From the NCBI GenBank assembly GCA_902588975.1, contig CACIRJ010000001.1, positions 85,594 to 149,593 on the forward strand: a stretch of 64,000 nt of DNA, given 5' to 3'. The notes below the pieces were generated by a model. It was not told the origin of the DNA and made no database searches. It was given only the letters and a program-made list of their open reading frames with translations. The position numbers and the translations under genes are program-made. Below are positions 61,145 to 64,000 of the stretch, piece after piece. This DNA is from an uncultured Pelagibacteraceae bacterium (GTDB lineage Bacteria; Pseudomonadota; Alphaproteobacteria; Pelagibacterales; Pelagibacteraceae). The stretch's first letter is position 1. The number at the start of each line of letters is the position of its first letter.

Positions 61145-62291
61145 CGCCCCATATCAAAAAATTGATAGAAGTTATCAACCTTGATATTGCATTTTGCTGT
61201 TTGATATTTTCTGTAGAAAATAAGTCATGATTAGATATAACTTCATCTTTATATAATACTTTTATTTCTGCTAATTTTTCACCCTTTTTTATCGGTGCTT
61301 GTATAGGTCCTTCATAAACAATCTTCACTTTCATATATTTTTTTTTAGCTTTTGGAATAGTCTTATAAATTATATCTTTAGTATTAACTTTTACTTTTTT
61401 CTTGCTGCCCTGCCATACATCTAGTTCATAAAGATATTCGTTATCATTACTTATTTTTATTGTATCAAAATTTGTAATTCCCCAAGTTAACAATTTTTGT
61501 GATTGCTTTGATCTAGAATTTTTTGTTTCAAAACCACTTGCAACAGCTATTAATCTTCTTTCTTTTCTTAATATAGACGATGCAAGTGAATATTTTTCTG
61601 AACCAAGGTAGCCTGTTTTAATTCCATCTACACCCATATTTTTATACAATAATGGATTTCTATTTCCTTGTGTAATGGGATCCCCACCTGTCCTACTCCA
61701 AGTAAATTCTTTAATTTTAAAATACTCATAATATTTAGGATGTTCTTTGATTAAATAATTAGACATAATTAAAATATCTCGAACGGTTGAATAATTATTA
61801 TCATCATTAATCCCTGATGAATTTGAAAAATTAGTATTTTCCATCCCAATTTCTTGAGCTTTCTCAGTCATTAGTAGAGCAAACTCGTCCTCAGTTCCTG
61901 CAATACCCTCTGCTAAAGCTACACAAGCATCATTACCTGAAGCAACAATTATACCTAATAATAAATCTTCGACCGAAACTTCATCTCCAACCATTATAAA
62001 CATAGATGAATAACCAGACGAGGATAGTCTCCAAGCATTTTCAGAAACAATAAATTTTTCATCTAAAGTGATTTGGCCACTTTTCAATAAATCAAAAGCA
62101 ACGATTGAAGTCATTATTTTTGTCATAGAAGCAGGAAATATTTTCTCATCAGGATTTTTTTCATATAAAATTTCACCAGATAAGTAGTCTTGTAAAATTG
62201 CAGTTCGTGCATTTATGTTAAATTTTGCATAAGAAATATTAGTTATAACTAAAAATGATAGGATAAAACTTAATAGTGCTTTTATTTTCAT
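61137..62291 (-). CDS. D-alanyl-D-alanine carboxypeptidase (PBP5/6 family)
   Basis: PASMTK (SxxK), SGN, KTG. Confidence 0.93.
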   Translation of the reverse strand: MKIKALLSFILSFLVITNISYAKFNINARTAILQDYLSGEILYEKNPDEKIFPASMTKIMTSIVAFDLLKSGQITLDEKFIVSENAWRLSSSGYSSMFIMVGDEVSVEDLLLGIIVASGNDACVALAEGIAGTEDEFALLMTEKAQEIGMENTNFSNSSGINDDNNYSTVRDILIMSNYLIKEHPKYYEYFKIKEFTWSRTGGDPITQGNRNPLLYKNMGVDGIKTGYLGSEKYSLASSILRKERRLIAVASGFETKNSRSKQSQKLLTWGITNFDTIKISNDNEYLYELDVWQGSKKKVKVNTKDIIYKTIPKAKKKYMKVKIVYEGPIQAPIKKGEKLAEIKVLYKDEVISNHDLFSTENIKQQNAISRLITSINFLIWGDV

Positions 62292-63040
62292 AATTTTATT
62301 AATTCAATATTTTCAAAATTTATATCAGCAATCTCATTATATACATTTTTAATTGATCCTAAATTATAAAAAGGACCCTTGTAAACCCTATATAAATTTT
62401 TAGACATTTTTTTGATATTTATGTCTTTTAAATTGTATTCATCCTCAAGTCTTTTTTTCAATGTAATTGCAGATTCTTCAAAAAATAAATCGGCAAATTT
62501 AATTATAAATTCAAATTTTGTATTTTTCACCTTTTCAACTTTTGAATTATTATCTTTTTTAATTGATATATTTTGGATTGAAATACTATCTACTGGAGCT
62601 TTATTAGCTACTTTTTTTTCCTCATCAAATGTTTTAGCTTTATTTGCAACAAAAGTATTACTAGAATTTATTGTTTCTACACGTACATAGGGTTGATCAG
62701 GATCAATATCAAGTTCAGTTGCAATCCTTTCAGAAATTACTGAATTATAAAAAATTGGATATTTCGAATTTTTTCCTACTTTAGCAATCAAATACTTTTC
62801 ATTTAACAAATTTGTTATTTTTATATCTGTATCTTTTTTAAGTTTATTATTGAAAATAATTAATGATCTTTGATCTATTTTTTTTGAAACTATTCGTTTT
62901 TTGAAAATATCATTATTAAATATAAGAGCAAAACCATCATTTGAATAATTTTTGAAATCTTTATTCGTGATTACTTTTTTATTAGTAGTTTCACATGATG
63001 TTAAAATTATTGCTAAAAAAATTATTATCTTAAGTTTCAT
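62288..63040 (-). CDS. RlpA-like lipoprotein with SPOR domain (degenerate catalytic domain)
   Basis: Lipobox LTSC; mltB-rlpA-dac gene order; C-terminal YRV..GPF SPOR-like motif. Confidence 0.65.
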   Translation of the reverse strand: MKLKIIIFLAIILTSCETTNKKVITNKDFKNYSNDGFALIFNNDIFKKRIVSKKIDQRSLIIFNNKLKKDTDIKITNLLNEKYLIAKVGKNSKYPIFYNSVISERIATELDIDPDQPYVRVETINSSNTFVANKAKTFDEEKKVANKAPVDSISIQNISIKKDNNSKVEKVKNTKFEFIIKFADLFFEESAITLKKRLEDEYNLKDINIKKMSKNLYRVYKGPFYNLGSIKNVYNEIADINFENIELIKL

Positions 63041-64000
63041 TTTCAAAACTATTTTTTAATGTGCATACGGCCAAACTAAATCTTAATGACCTGTTCCACT
63101 TTAAGATTAGCTTATAATTATTAAAAATAATATATGCTGGTTTAAGTTTATTTGCATTTTCAACTATTTCAGCATCAGGGGTAACTATTGCTGCTGTCAA
63201 ATTGTCATATTTGTCCAAAAAAGACGAATTTTTTATATAATTTTTTAAATATTTTACTTTTCTCTCATGTTTAATTTTTTTTGCTGATGTATTTAAATAT
63301 TTATCAGGAATATTTTCATTTAGATTAATTCTATAAAAACACGGAGTATTATCATTCCATCCAAGATTACTTAAATAGTTAGCTGCAGATGCAAAAGAAT
63401 CCTCAATATTTTTTAGATCAATTGATCCATCTTTATTATAATCAATTGCATGATTTTTAATAGTGGATGGCATAAATTGAAAATTACCAAATGCACCTGC
63501 CCAAGATCCAAATAATGTACTCGGATCTATAATTTTTTCATCTACTAATTTTAAAAGAGTAATTAATTCCTTAGTAAAGAATTCACTTCTTCTTTGATCA
63601 TAGCTTAATGTTGCAAGTGAAGAAACAATATCCATTTTACCTAAATAGTTTCCAAAATTAGTTTCAATACCCATAAGCGCTAATAGCAAATTTTTATCTA
63701 CTTTGAATTCAGAAGATACTTTATTAATAATATTGTTTTCTTTATTTAATATAATTTTTCCTAATTTTACTTTTTTTGATGATGTTCTTTTTGAAATATA
63801 TGTCTTTGTATCTTCATAGAATTCTGGTTGGTATCTGTCATATTTTATTACATCAGGTAAAAACTTTGAGTTATCTATTAAATTATTAACTGTTGATTTA
63901 CTAATACCTTCTTTAATTGCTCTCTTTTTAAATTTCACTTTCCACTCATTGAAATCATCAGCAATCAGAATAGAAGAATTAAATACGATTAATATTGATA
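63030..64000 (-). CDS. mltB: Lytic murein transglycosylase (MltB/SLT_2), 5' end outside window
   Basis: QPEF, GIETNFG, GSWAGAFG.FQFMPS, ASAANYL, WNRS; frame is open upstream of 63938 to the window edge. Confidence 0.9.
   Translation of the reverse strand, partial: SILIVFNSSILIADDFNEWKVKFKKRAIKEGISKSTVNNLIDNSKFLPDVIKYDRYQPEFYEDTKTYISKRTSSKKVKLGKIILNKENNIINKVSSEFKVDKNLLLALMGIETNFGNYLGKMDIVSSLATLSYDQRRSEFFTKELITLLKLVDEKIIDPSTLFGSWAGAFGNFQFMPSTIKNHAIDYNKDGSIDLKNIEDSFASAANYLSNLGWNDNTPCFYRINLNENIPDKYLNTSAKKIKHERKVKYLKNYIKNSSFLDKYDNLTAAIVTPDAEIVENANKLKPAYIIFNNYKLILKWNRSLRFSLAVCTLKNSFENET

Noticed and set aside
253-62690. Short antisense or alternate-frame ORFs in the track (e.g. 253-507, 1241-1459, 11480-11794, 20604-20966, 33697-33918, 50252-50497, 62412-62690)
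   Set aside because: Fully or largely nested in well-supported genes, with no motifs; shadow ORFs
1-64000. CRISPR array, IS elements, rRNA, phase-variable homopolymers
   Set aside because: No regularly spaced repeats, transposases or rRNA seen; A/T runs (e.g. ~38590-38601) are expected Lys-codon runs and frames are intact

Overview
Very AT-rich, densely packed alphaproteobacterial chromosome segment. Gene content, gene order and near-zero spacers strongly suggest Pelagibacterales (SAR11); this is an inference. Most of the window is core housekeeping: topA-plsY-pyrC-pyrB, gatCAB, the sarcosine oxidase-family operon soxBDAG, slt, dapA-smpB-folK-rel-pyrE-pdxJ-acpS-lepB-rnc-recO, hemB, rpiB-glyA-nrdR-rib genes-nusB-thiL, hppA, rpmF-plsX-ihfA, a metY operon, rplM-rpsI-argC-hom, glpX, nhaA, metG-holB-tmk-dac and mltB, plus tRNA-Ser(GCT), tRNA-Glu(TTC) and tRNA-Pro(TGG). 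The stand-out zone is 48.3-50.6 kb. It holds a ~540-bp non-coding gap, a minimal ogt, and a ~185-nt GC-rich minus-strand RNA with three GNRA tetraloops, a predicted loop-loop pseudoknot and its own terminator. It also holds a stand-alone Cre-type tyrosine recombinase whose ATG is preceded by a loxP-like inverted repeat (14-7-14). Other points of interest are an O-methyltransferase + trhO pair (possible mo5U tRNA pathway), several pseudo-enzymes, missing rpoZ/era/fabH at conserved positions, tRNAs abutting start codons, and head-to-head overlapping start codons. No CRISPR, IS element or prophage was seen. All functional calls come from motif recognition by eye; no database searches were run.
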